64,000 bases of DNA, taken from Shigella phage Sf23. The notes under the pieces were generated by a model. That model had not been told where the DNA came from. It ran no database searches and saw only the letters and a list, made by a program, of their open reading frames with translations. The stretch is from the sequence record MF158046; one strand, written 5' to 3'. A program made the position numbers and the translations under genes. This document shows, piece by piece, positions 1 through 8,558 of the stretch (positions are counted from its first letter, which is position 1; every line of letters starts with the position of its first letter).

Positions 1-144
1 TTAAGCGCTGAGCGCTCTAATTTCTTTTCTTGCTCAGCTTTAATCATAGATTTCATCCACTCTTCTGATTCATTCTGCATTTCTTTATTTGCTTGTTCAA
101 CCCAGCCATCATCAATATACATTGAGTTTGGTCGATTAAACCAT

Positions 145-642
145 TCAAATATTTTCTTTAGGACTTTCATTCATTTTACCTAAAACAATAGTAGGAGCAT
201 CGTCAAATTTATGAATTTTTAGCAAATTTGGAGTTAATTTATTCCATAAAGAAGTAATAAAATATGATAGCGCAATTTCTTCCGCAATTATGAATTTATT
301 TCCCTTATCTATTTTCCAGTCATGTACTGAATCATATGAATAGAAGGACAGCGGTTTATTGTTATAAAATGCTTCACCAACATCAATATAGTTAGATTTA
401 GTAAATGCTTGAATTGACGTAAATGGAGAATTTTGTACAGTTTCAATAATTCCGATCTTTTTAAGTTTTATTTCAACATCTTCTGGAACTGGCATTGAAA
501 TAAAATCTTCTACTAGATACATGCTATTGTCATATCTTTTGTCAATCATTACTGCTACAGTAATTGGAACATCCTTGACAAACGCCATACTAATACTATT
601 AATAAACATTTCAAACAAAATTGCTTCCATAATTTTCCTCAA
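145..642 (-). CDS. hypothetical protein (165 aa)
   Basis: Minus-strand ORF; start overlaps stop of upstream ORF 639..971 (ATGA-type coupling). No recognised motif. Confidence 0.5.
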   Translation of the reverse strand: MRKIMEAILFEMFINSISMAFVKDVPITVAVMIDKRYDNSMYLVEDFISMPVPEDVEIKLKKIGIIETVQNSPFTSIQAFTKSNYIDVGEAFYNNKPLSFYSYDSVHDWKIDKGNKFIIAEEIALSYFITSLWNKLTPNLLKIHKFDDAPTIVLGKMNESPKENI

Positions 643-971
643 TCACAAGATGTAGATGAACAACTAGAATCACAAGAACTTCCGCATGAATCACTTGCCC
701 ATACGTGAACAGGAACATTTGTATCATATGAAGAATTAGAACTTTTAACTTCGTTAGAAGATGTAGGTACTGACCATCGCCAAGGATTTTTATAATATTC
801 TTGGGCTTCTTCATAAGTCATAGTAACTGCTTCTACTGTTCCATCTCCCATATAAACATACTCAACTACAGTTAAAGGAAGGTAGTCATTTGAAATAGGA
901 ACTACACCTTCCCCAGGAGTCGTAGAGAAAAAATCCGTAAAGAAACTTTTAAACCAATTAAAGATAAACAC
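639..971 (-). CDS. hypothetical protein with Cys/Ser-rich C-terminal tail
   Basis: 110-aa ORF coupled to both neighbours; C-terminus [18 protein letters not shown]. The overlapping 611..814 ORF is in another frame and is rejected. Confidence 0.5.
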   Translation of the reverse strand: MFIFNWFKSFFTDFFSTTPGEGVVPISNDYLPLTVVEYVYMGDGTVEAVTMTYEEAQEYYKNPWRWSVPTSSNEVKSSNSSYDTNVPVHVWASDSCGSSCDSSCSSTSCD

Positions 972-1177
972 TACAAAAAACCTCTCTTGAATTCAACTTG
1001 CTTCTCGCCATAATCATATCGAATCTCTGCATTAAATTCGACAGAACCATCTGCGTACATCATAAATGAATGCACAACAACTTCTGTGGACCATGGCTGC
1101 AGTTCATATTTCTTCATTACATGTCGTGAAATGATAATATCTAAATCTTCATTTGGTTTAATCCAACGATTTAACAT
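971..1177 (-). CDS. hypothetical early protein (68 aa)
   Basis: ORF directly downstream of an early-type promoter (1203..1240) and a terminator hairpin. Confidence 0.5.
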   Translation of the reverse strand: MLNRWIKPNEDLDIIISRHVMKKYELQPWSTEVVVHSFMMYADGSVEFNAEIRYDYGEKQVEFKRGFL

Positions 1178-1202
1178 AGTGCTCTCCTCTATAAGATAAT
1201 TT

Positions 1203-1240
1203 TATTATACCATACTCATTTTGGAAAGTAAACCGGTAAA
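1203..1240 (-). promoter_or_regulatory. T4 early-type promoter (sigma70-like)
   Basis: Minus strand reads GTTTAC-18nt-TATAAT (rc of 1228..1233 and 1204..1209); follows a terminator hairpin. Confidence 0.6.
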
Positions 1241-1243
1241 ATG

Positions 1244-1267
1244 AAAAAAGGACTCCCTAGGGAGTCC
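1244..1267 (-). terminator. rho-independent terminator after soc
   Basis: Palindrome GGACTCCCTAGGGAGTCC followed by T6 on the minus strand. Confidence 0.7.
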
Positions 1268-1275
1268 TTGAATTA

Positions 1276-1512
1276 TTAACCACCTATTTCTGTAGGCGTA
1301 AACATTGCAGCATTCTTAGTTTTCCAAGTTGCTGCATCGGAAACTACATCAGAATAAGCTGCTTTTTCTGACGGAAAGATTTGATAATGAGAATCTGCAA
1401 TACGGTGTTCATTTGAATATACATCAAATGCTACAGAAACTTCCATACCTTTAACTTCTTTGCCTTCACCTGCTGGATGAGTAAAGGTCTTGATGTTAAC
1501 GAAACCACCCAT
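1276..1512 (-). CDS. soc: small outer capsid protein Soc
   Basis: 78-aa product; similarity to recalled T-even Soc (VNIKTF...HYQ.FPSEKAAYS); late promoter TATAAATA just upstream; terminator downstream. Confidence 0.85.
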   Translation of the reverse strand: MGGFVNIKTFTHPAGEGKEVKGMEVSVAFDVYSNEHRIADSHYQIFPSEKAAYSDVVSDAATWKTKNAAMFTPTEIGG

Positions 1513-1543
1513 AATAAACTCCTTTATTGTTTAATTACAGGTG

Positions 1544-1551
1544 TATTTATA
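1544..1551 (-). promoter_or_regulatory. late promoter (gp55-dependent) for soc
   Basis: rc is TATAAATA, about 30 nt upstream of soc ATG. Confidence 0.65.
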
Positions 1552-1693
1552 ACTTACAATTTAGCGGCTTTCCAGAGTTGTTCAATAATCTCTTGGTCTA
1601 TTTCTTTAGTTATTTCATTACGTAATAAAGCAGTAAGGGCTTTCGCCCTTTTCTTATTCAACTTTTTGAGTTGACGTTTATTTAAACGAGACA

Positions 1694-2212
1694 TTAATAA
1701 CCTCGGTCCTGACGTGCGAAATTTTCAGCATTTTTCAGGTAATAAAGTTTAAAGATTTCTTCAGCTGTAAGACCAAGACCCTGGAACATATTCAGAACGA
1801 AATGAAGAATATCAATCATTTCAAATTTAATTTCTAACTGGTCTTGCGGAGACAAATCAGTAATCAGAGTTTCACGACGCTCACCATGCTGCGACTTCCA
1901 AGGTTTCCATACAGCAGATGCGTCTTTTTCACCATTACTCATACCACCAAGAGAAGTCAGAAGTTCACGGAATTCATCGTCAATATAATCTTTCTGATTA
2001 CGCAACCAATCAACAACTTCACCGGCAGTAGCCAAGTCATCAGGATGACGATTATATTCAGGTTTATCTTTAGCTAAACGAATTTGCAGAGATTTCTGCA
2101 TGTCAAGCATTACCTGCAGCGGGTCTTTTTCATCACCGAGAATATCCCAATATTCATTTTGAGCTTTATCAGCGCCTTCGATCAGTTGACTACATTCGTT
2201 GAAATGTGGCAT
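1694..2212 (-). CDS. 56: dCTP pyrophosphatase (dCTPase/dUTPase) gp56
   Basis: 172 aa, matches T4 gp56 size and position between soc and 61; MazG-like acidic motifs (EFRELL, EEIFKLY). Confidence 0.9.
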   Translation of the reverse strand: MPHFNECSQLIEGADKAQNEYWDILGDEKDPLQVMLDMQKSLQIRLAKDKPEYNRHPDDLATAGEVVDWLRNQKDYIDDEFRELLTSLGGMSNGEKDASAVWKPWKSQHGERRETLITDLSPQDQLEIKFEMIDILHFVLNMFQGLGLTAEEIFKLYYLKNAENFARQDRGY

Positions 2213-2244
2213 GTTATTTTTCCTTTCAATTCATGGGTTAGTAG

Positions 2245-2272
2245 ATTAATTATACAATAAATATATAAAGCA
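2245..2272 (-). promoter_or_regulatory. middle-promoter-like element upstream of gene 56
   Basis: Minus strand reads ATTGCTTTA-12nt-TATAAT with the same spacing as the 17652 element. Confidence 0.4.
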
Positions 2273-2285
2273 ATAAGGAGGACAT

Positions 2286-2486
2286 ATGGTACAAAAATTA
2301 ATGGCACTTGTTAATGCCATAAAAGGTAATAAAAAACGTATAGCTTTTACTATTTCTGCTATGGTAGGAATTTTACTCTGGAACTTTATTCTATCACCTG
2401 TTGCAATTGCGCATGGTATTAATATTCCAGTAGTTACTCTTGATACATTTGTAGATTTAGCATTTGCTTTAGTTGGGTTAATTTAA
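2286..2486 (+). CDS. candidate small hydrophobic protein encoded antisense to the gene array (66 aa)
   Basis: Plus-strand ORF exactly filling the 56-61 intergenic gap; AAGGAGG 6 nt before ATG; predicted TM segments. Overlaps a minus-strand middle-promoter-like element, so could be spurious. Confidence 0.3.
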   Translation: MVQKLMALVNAIKGNKKRIAFTISAMVGILLWNFILSPVAIAHGINIPVVTLDTFVDLAFALVGLI

Positions 2487-3511
2487 ATCTTAGCATATTT
2501 AGATAGCCGCATTTTAGCCATCAACCCCTGGGCAATATTATTTTTCATATATTCCATAATTTGTTCAGGGGTTGCACCTTCCTTTCTAATCATATCATTA
2601 ACATCTTTTGATTTCCAGGGAGATTTATCCCAAAACATAACCCTTTCTCCTGCATCAACTAATTTAGTCATTCGCTTAATAGTGTCAGGATGACGAGGTT
2701 CATTATCTAAGACCCACACACGCCTATCTTTAAATGGAACAACTTCTAGGTCTAATTGACCACCCGTAATAGCTATACCATTTTCAATAAAAAGCGAATC
2801 TATAGGTCCTTCTAGAACATATACATCACCATCTTTGACTCGTTCGACTCCATAGATTTTTGTTGCCTCAGGATAAGCTTTGATGGTGATATATTTTTGA
2901 GGAGCATCTTTCTTTAATGCACGTCCTTGAAAAGACTCAGCTTTTCCGTTAGCATTATAAATTGGAATAACAAGACGAGGCTCAGGTGTTTCCTTTTTAT
3001 ATGTTCCTGGAGCTATACTATTAACTAATTTAGGCCATTCAGTTGTAAACCAAAGATATTTCCATTTATCCTTTGGAATACAACGAGCTTTTACATATTT
3101 TATAATTGGATGGTCTTCCGCCAGTTTATCTAATCTAACACACGACGGAAGAGATTTAATTATTTTCTTCTCAGGTTGTTTAGGAAGTTCTTTAGGTTTT
3201 TCTACTGGACGACTTTTACCTTTTTCTTTTCTTATTTCAAAGATATACTCACGATATAAATCGGGTTCAAACTCCTTTAAATATATTCCGATTGGTGCAT
3301 GATAGTTACAGTTATAACAATGAATATTTCCTTCATTATTATCACCATAATACCATCCACGAGCTTTATTATGATCGGTTTTTGAATCTCCACAAACAGG
3401 GCATCTAAACCGCAATTTAAAAGTTGAACTATTGTTTACTTGTGTGAATTTAGGTAAATGAGCTAATGCACGATACGCAAACTCATTATCAATCCAAGGT
3501 ATTGATGACAT
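2483..3511 (-). CDS. 61: DNA primase gp61
   Basis: 342 aa as in T4 gp61; N-terminal zinc ribbon CPVCGDS...CYNCNYH; TOPRIM-like core; synteny with 41. Confidence 0.92.
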   Translation of the reverse strand: MSSIPWIDNEFAYRALAHLPKFTQVNNSSTFKLRFRCPVCGDSKTDHNKARGWYYGDNNEGNIHCYNCNYHAPIGIYLKEFEPDLYREYIFEIRKEKGKSRPVEKPKELPKQPEKKIIKSLPSCVRLDKLAEDHPIIKYVKARCIPKDKWKYLWFTTEWPKLVNSIAPGTYKKETPEPRLVIPIYNANGKAESFQGRALKKDAPQKYITIKAYPEATKIYGVERVKDGDVYVLEGPIDSLFIENGIAITGGQLDLEVVPFKDRRVWVLDNEPRHPDTIKRMTKLVDAGERVMFWDKSPWKSKDVNDMIRKEGATPEQIMEYMKNNIAQGLMAKMRLSKYAKI

Positions 3512-3513
3512 TT

Positions 3514-3678
3514 TTACTCTTCTTTTTCTTTAGATTCCTCTTTCTTCTTTTTAGGAATCTGTTCAGGACCTTTATTTACTACAGCGCCTGACGTTGTTCC
3601 AGTAGAGATATTTTCAGGATTACCACCTGAATCTCCAGCTACCATATCTTCTTTAATAAATTCTTTATATGTTTTCAT
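3514..3678 (-). CDS. small protein with internal-protein-like capsid targeting N-terminus (54 aa)
   Basis: Hand-translated ORF below the track cut-off: MKTYKEFIKEDMVAGDSGGNPENIST...KEESKEKEE; ATG 1 nt after the stop of ORF 3680..4036; N-terminus matches T4 IP capsid-targeting consensus MKTYQEFIAE. Confidence 0.45.
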   Translation of the reverse strand: MKTYKEFIKEDMVAGDSGGNPENISTGTTSGAVVNKGPEQIPKKKKEESKEKEE

Positions 3679-3724
3679 ATTAACCTCTATTCATAAAAGC
3701 ATTAAAAATTTGGTCATCAATAGA
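3676..3724 (-). repeat. 49-bp direct repeat copy A (gene 3' end + stop + next start)
   Basis: CATATTAACCTCTATTCATAAAAGCATTAAAAATTTGGTCATCAATAGA; 46/49 identical to copy B at 4034..4082. Confidence 0.9.
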
Positions 3725-4036
3725 TGGCACAGTAATATTTTCTGCATCATTTAGCAAATCATTAATTTCATCAGATAGCATAACACATGTGCCTTTATTT
3801 CCTGTAATTGTTACTGCACAATTACGAACGTTTTCTTTATCAAATTTTAGGTTAATATTTTCGTAGTGAAAATCCTTTAATGCCGAATATATCTTTAAAA
3901 TGAAATTGTCTTTTACTACAATAAACCCAACCTCACTATTAAAACGTGGTTCATGGAAACTGTAATAAACCTTTTCATCTATAAAATCGTATGAAATTTT
4001 TTCCATTTTTAAATATGAAAATTCAGAACTATACAT
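3680..4036 (-). CDS. hypothetical protein (118 aa), shares C-terminal tail with next gene
   Basis: ORF in the 61-41 accessory cluster; C-terminus SIDDQIFNAFMNRG encoded by a 49-bp repeat also found at the end of ORF 4038..4679. Confidence 0.55.
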   Translation of the reverse strand: MYSSEFSYLKMEKISYDFIDEKVYYSFHEPRFNSEVGFIVVKDNFILKIYSALKDFHYENINLKFDKENVRNCAVTITGNKGTCVMLSDEINDLLNDAENITVPSIDDQIFNAFMNRG

Positions 4037-4082
4037 ATTAACCTTTATTCATAAAAGCATTAAAAATTTGATCGTCAATAGA
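4034..4082 (-). repeat. 49-bp direct repeat copy B
   Basis: CATATTAACCTTTATTCATAAAAGCATTAAAAATTTGATCGTCAATAGA; encodes shared tail SIDDQIFNAFMN[KR]G. Confidence 0.9.
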
Positions 4083-4679
4083 AACATTTACTTTAGACTG
4101 TTTTTCTGATGGTAATTCATATCCACATATTACAATTTTGTGATCAATATCAAAATACACAGAAGCAATATGATTAATGATGTTTTCAGTAAAGTCTAAA
4201 TCAACATCAATATCTTTTTGACCACAGCCCAAAGGATAAATAATGCGAGTAATTCGATTATCTTTAACAAATATTCCACCGACATACTCTGTGCTGCGTT
4301 TAAAGTTTACACGTTTCCTAAATGAAAAATATTCAGGTTCTTTATGAGCCCGACTCATAGGACACAATGAGTAGCTAGAATAAGAGATGTCAAATCCTAC
4401 ACCTTCAATATGAGCCAACGCGTCATGATTAAACCAATTATAATCATATGCCAAATCCATTATATTGTAATATGTGAAAGGCACAGGATTAACATCATAT
4501 GTTGTACCTTTAAAATCTGCCCAGGCAACGATTTCGTTATCTTTAACAATTACAAAAATTACACCAATATGATATCCGTTATTATTTTCATTCGGCGTTA
4601 TATTATAACATTGTGCATCAGGAAATTTACCGTATTTAAACGGTGGATTTTTGTGCATATAATAAATCATATTATTCAC
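4038..4679 (-). CDS. hypothetical protein (213 aa), 61.2-position
   Basis: ORF in 61-41 cluster; C-terminus SIDDQIFNAFMNKG (repeat-encoded). Positional equivalent of T4 61.2; product identity not verified. Confidence 0.55.
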   Translation of the reverse strand: MNNMIYYMHKNPPFKYGKFPDAQCYNITPNENNNGYHIGVIFVIVKDNEIVAWADFKGTTYDVNPVPFTYYNIMDLAYDYNWFNHDALAHIEGVGFDISYSSYSLCPMSRAHKEPEYFSFRKRVNFKRSTEYVGGIFVKDNRITRIIYPLGCGQKDIDVDLDFTENIINHIASVYFDIDHKIVICGYELPSEKQSKVNVSIDDQIFNAFMNKG

Positions 4680-4965
4680 CTGTGATTTCGGTTACGATAT
4701 TTTTGTTATTAAAGTTTTTATCGCAATACAGAACATAATTATACTGCATTACACCACCAGACTTAAGTTGTTTTTGCACTTCAGCTTTCATTTTAGGACG
4801 ATCGCGCTCAACAATATTCATAATATCCGCTTCAATTTGAGTTTCAACTTCAGTCTGATCTGCAGTCATAGACCATTCACACAAGTCTTTATCATATCCT
4901 GCCATAGCAGGCTGAGCAGCACAAGAAGCCAAAGTAAAAATTGTAGCAAAAATAAATTTTTTCAT
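4672..4965 (-). CDS. sp: Spackle periplasmic protein (inhibitor of gp5 lysozyme, superinfection exclusion)
   Basis: 97 aa with signal peptide MKKFIFATIFTLASCAAQPAMA; size and position as T4 sp (61.3). Confidence 0.8.
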   Translation of the reverse strand: MKKFIFATIFTLASCAAQPAMAGYDKDLCEWSMTADQTEVETQIEADIMNIVERDRPKMKAEVQKQLKSGGVMQYNYVLYCDKNFNNKNIVTEITGE

Positions 4966-5025
4966 GATAATCTCCTCAGTAGTTTATGTTTATATAGTAT
5001 CTCAATTTCCAACAAAAGTAAACAG

Positions 5026-5325
5026 CTATTTTAAAACTTCTGCATAATCACATGTTACAAACTGTTTCTCTAGCTTAACGATCTTACGAAAGTATCTTTT
5101 GCATTGACGAATCTGCCGTTTCGTAGGACGTACAGCAAACTTAATAAATTCCACTCGACCAAATGGAGGGCTTTCTTCTGCCGGAATATCTAACACCAAT
5201 TCCCACGTATCCGCAATAAGTGCTTTGAATTGAGTATTTTTCCTGACGTTATACGGAGTAGGTTTAAATAAAACAATATGCATATTATCCTCGGCAATCC
5301 ACTTCGCACACTTTCTTGTCATCAA
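5026..5325 (-). CDS. hypothetical protein (61.4-like, 99 aa)
   Basis: ORF between sp and dmd; basic protein, no motif recognised. Confidence 0.5.
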   Translation of the reverse strand: MMTRKCAKWIAEDNMHIVLFKPTPYNVRKNTQFKALIADTWELVLDIPAEESPPFGRVEFIKFAVRPTKRQIRQCKRYFRKIVKLEKQFVTCDYAEVLK

Positions 5326-5467
5326 TGAAAGCTTTAACTAATGCTTTATTAACTTCAGCATATTGAGTAGTAGCCCATTGAACGTCATCTTTCATCATTG
5401 TGATTTCTTTAGTAAACATGCTTTCATTCTTAAACCACCCCATAAAAACTACCTTTACCAATTCCAT
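5285..5467 (-). CDS. dmd: Dmd, antitoxin against host RnlA/LsoA RNase toxins
   Basis: 60 aa, sequence matches recalled T4 Dmd (MELVKVVFMGWFKNESMFTKEI...); early promoter immediately upstream. Confidence 0.85.
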   Translation of the reverse strand: MELVKVVFMGWFKNESMFTKEITMMKDDVQWATTQYAEVNKALVKAFIDDKKVCEVDCRG

Positions 5468-5489
5468 AACAATCTCCTCATTTAACCAA

Positions 5490-5530
5490 CAAGACTACTA
5501 TACCATAGTCTTGTCAGTTTGTAAACTAAA
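5490..5530 (-). promoter_or_regulatory. early-type promoter upstream of dmd
   Basis: GTTTAC (rc 5521..5526) and -10-like TATAGT (rc ~5496..5504). Confidence 0.5.
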
Positions 5531-6953
5531 ATTTTAATTCATTTGCCAAAGCATCTAACTGAGCTCGAGTGGATTCATTTCTTTGATAGCGATTCTGTTC
5601 AGCCTGAATCTGTTGTGAACCTGCTACTTCACTCACTTCGGTTGGAGTAGAATCTTGTTCAATTTCTACCCATTTTTGATTTCCTTTTTGAACACCCATC
5701 AAAAACTTATTCCACTTATTCTTATCACCATATCGTGATTTGATTTGCTTAATAAGTTGTTGTTCAGCAGCTGCTAGCTCCTCGGTTTCAATGACCGCAA
5801 GCATAAAATCAGCTGTTGCTGGAAGACCAGCAGATTCTGCAATATCGCTCATGTTAACATCGGAAGAGTCCCAAGCTTGTTTACCGACCTGTGCTGCAGT
5901 CCAAAGAACAGTTTCGGTTTCAACAGCCAGAGCACGCAATTCCTCTGCGATAGCTTTAACAGTTGTGTAACTATTTTCTGAATAAACTCTAATGCGGCAA
6001 GATTTACAAATACCTAGATAGTCGACAATAATGATTGTTGGAACAAAATTCTTTTTGAGCTTTAATTCATTTAAAAGCGATCGAAATGTATTAGCGTCTG
6101 CCCCACCAGTAGGATACTGTTTAACGATTAAACGACCGAGAGTAGATTTCTCACGCCATTTTTCCATTTTTCCTTTATACTCAGCGTAAGAAATATGCCC
6201 ATCATCAATATCGTCAAGAGAAACATCGAGCATGTTAGCATCAATACGTTTAGCACAGACTTCTTCTGCCATTTCCATGGAGATATAAAGAACGTTATGA
6301 CCAAGCTGCAAATAATCTGCTGCTAATGAACAAAGTCCTAATGACTTACCAACGTTAACGCCAGCCATTAAAACGTTCAGTGTTCCTGTTTCAGCTCCGC
6401 CTTTAGTAATTTTGTTTAGAATTCTGAGTTTAAATGGAACTTTACGAGCTTTATTCATATAAGATAGCCAGCGTGCTTCGTAGTCATCCATCCAATCATG
6501 ACCAACGTAGCTATCAAATGAAATTGATAATGCTTGACGCATGATGTCAGGAATAGCACCAACATCCGGCATTTTCTTATTTCGTTTTTCCGGAGGAAGC
6601 TCAGCATTAGTTTGAATTTCGATTATTTTAGACGTAGCATTAAACATCGCCCTTTGCTGAACATATTTTTCTGTTTCTTTTACTAACCAACTGTGGTCTT
6701 CTGGAGAATCGGCTAGTTTTGAAATAAGTGTTTTTACACCAGAATATTCTGTTTCAGTAAATGAACTATTTTCTAATGCAACATTTAACGCATTAATAGA
6801 TGGAACGCTATGGTACTCATTAACGTGAGATTTAATTAATTTGAATGTATTTTTAGCTGGACCACTTTCAAAATATTCTGAATCCATATATGGCCAAACT
6901 TTTGAAAAATAAGCTTGATCAAATATGAGATGAGAAAGAATAATTTCTACCAC
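5526..6953 (-). CDS. 41: replicative DNA helicase gp41 (DnaB-like)
   Basis: 475 aa as in T4; Walker A GVNVGKS, DnaB-family motifs; synteny 61-41-40-uvsX. Confidence 0.95.
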   Translation of the reverse strand: MVEIILSHLIFDQAYFSKVWPYMDSEYFESGPAKNTFKLIKSHVNEYHSVPSINALNVALENSSFTETEYSGVKTLISKLADSPEDHSWLVKETEKYVQQRAMFNATSKIIEIQTNAELPPEKRNKKMPDVGAIPDIMRQALSISFDSYVGHDWMDDYEARWLSYMNKARKVPFKLRILNKITKGGAETGTLNVLMAGVNVGKSLGLCSLAADYLQLGHNVLYISMEMAEEVCAKRIDANMLDVSLDDIDDGHISYAEYKGKMEKWREKSTLGRLIVKQYPTGGADANTFRSLLNELKLKKNFVPTIIIVDYLGICKSCRIRVYSENSYTTVKAIAEELRALAVETETVLWTAAQVGKQAWDSSDVNMSDIAESAGLPATADFMLAVIETEELAAAEQQLIKQIKSRYGDKNKWNKFLMGVQKGNQKWVEIEQDSTPTEVSEVAGSQQIQAEQNRYQRNESTRAQLDALANELKF

Positions 6954-6962
6954 ACTTACTCC

Positions 6963-7307
6963 TTAAAAGAATTTAAATTTTTTCTTTGACCTTTTATTAA
7001 ATGCATCTTGTAGTTGCATTGTAATACATTTTTCTACATGAGGAGCTAACTCAGCTTTTCTTTCTTGGTCAAGAACAGCAAAGTCCATTACGACTTTTCC
7101 ATCAACCCAATCTAATTTTGTCACATACACAATGTGTGTAGAACCATCTTCTAGTTTAATGACAATCTCCTGGATAACATTTTCCATGGCAGATTTAATT
7201 ATCTTAAGAGATTCATTAAAAAGACGTTCTTTTCTTTCTTCTTCCCCCTCCGAAGAGGGGGATTCATCGATAATTTCTAGATCTAAATCTAAATCATCTT
7301 TATTCAT
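6963..7307 (-). CDS. 40: gp40 head vertex assembly chaperone
   Basis: Positional equivalent between 41 and uvsX; 114 aa from the internal ATG (track ORF extends to 7325); acidic N-terminus. Confidence 0.6.
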   Translation of the reverse strand: MNKDDLDLDLEIIDESPSSEGEEERKERLFNESLKIIKSAMENVIQEIVIKLEDGSTHIVYVTKLDWVDGKVVMDFAVLDQERKAELAPHVEKCITMQLQDAFNKRSKKKFKFF

Positions 7308-8481
7308 TAAATTCTTCCATATCACTTAACTGCTCGAGGTCAGTTTCTAAATCAGCAGCTGATTTACTTTTACTTTCTGGAGATTTAAATTTTTCAACCT
7401 TTGAGTTAATTAATTCATCAACTTCAGCTTCAACAATTTCATTACTATCAATAGCACCTAACTGATAAGCGCGTTTAATAGCATCTCGGAATGGTTGATG
7501 CTTAAATAAAGGACCCCAGAATGTAGTGCAATTGGTATCTTTTGCACGCCAAGATTTTTCTTCGCGAATCATCTCGCCGGTTTCTTCGTCAAGAAATTCA
7601 CGAGCATACCAACCATTCTTAGGTTTTACTACAAATCCTAATTCTAGAGCCATATCTAACAATCCAGAATAAGGATCGATACCACCGTCAAATTTAACAT
7701 CAATAAAGAATTTACTTTTTTCTTTAACGGTACGAGATTTTTCTACATTTAGAACAAATTGATACCCCTGAAGATCAGAACCATCTTTAATCTGACGCTT
7801 ACCGATAATGAATACGGTATCAGCCGAATACATTACGCCTGTACCACCTGTCATCACGGTTTTACTAAACATTTCAATTGTTTCAATTGTATGGTTAACC
7901 GCAACGCATGGAATATTTTTAATGCTAAAATAAGGAGTAACAATACGAAATAATGACTTCAGTGATTTAGCACGAGTCATATCTGCCACAGATTTTTCAT
8001 TCAAGGCGTCTTCCGTTTCTTTCTTAGAAGCCATATTACCGATTGAGTCGATGAATACAATAACCTTTTCACCACGCTCAATAGCTTCAAGCTGATTCAC
8101 CATATCAATTTTCAGCTGTTCAACTGACTGGATTGGCGTATGAATTACTCGTTCCGGGTCAACTCCCATGGATCGCAAATAAGCTGGAGTAATACCAAAT
8201 TCACTATCATAGAATAGACAAACCGCGTCAGGATATTTGTTCAAATATGCCGCAACCATAGTCAAAGACATATTTGATTTAAAGTGTTTAGAAGGCCCTG
8301 CGAAAATAGTTAAACCAGACTGCATACCGCCATCAATCGCACCAGAAATAGCAATATTCAGCATTGGAATTTTTGTACGGATTACATCCTTTTCATTAAA
8401 GAATTTAGATGTAGTCAGTTCAGCAGTCATTTTAGAAGTGGAAGCTTTAATCAAACGGGATTTTAAATCTGCAATAGACAT
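7300..8481 (-). CDS. uvsX: UvsX recombinase (RecA-like)
   Basis: 393 aa; Walker A GPSKHFKS, RecA-fold motifs; matches recalled T4 UvsX N-terminus. Confidence 0.95.
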   Translation of the reverse strand: MSIADLKSRLIKASTSKMTAELTTSKFFNEKDVIRTKIPMLNIAISGAIDGGMQSGLTIFAGPSKHFKSNMSLTMVAAYLNKYPDAVCLFYDSEFGITPAYLRSMGVDPERVIHTPIQSVEQLKIDMVNQLEAIERGEKVIVFIDSIGNMASKKETEDALNEKSVADMTRAKSLKSLFRIVTPYFSIKNIPCVAVNHTIETIEMFSKTVMTGGTGVMYSADTVFIIGKRQIKDGSDLQGYQFVLNVEKSRTVKEKSKFFIDVKFDGGIDPYSGLLDMALELGFVVKPKNGWYAREFLDEETGEMIREEKSWRAKDTNCTTFWGPLFKHQPFRDAIKRAYQLGAIDSNEIVEAEVDELINSKVEKFKSPESKSKSAADLETDLEQLSDMEEFNE

Positions 8482-8558
8482 TCATTTTTTCCATAGGCAT
8501 CATTATATTTTCCTCACTGGTTAAAGATAGAGTAATTATAACACAATAAATTTAGGCA

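Noticed and set aside
1-122. 40-aa minus-strand ORF ending at the window edge (MYIDDDGWVEQANKEMQNESEEWMKSMIKAEQEKKLERSAL)
   Set aside because: Very short, no clear ribosome binding site, and its stop coincides with the first bases of the window so context is missing; not reported as a feature.
611-814. 67-aa ORF overlapping ORF 639..971 in another frame
   Set aside because: The 639..971 frame is translationally coupled to both neighbours (stop/start overlaps), so it is preferred; the alternative frame is His/Leu-rich low complexity.
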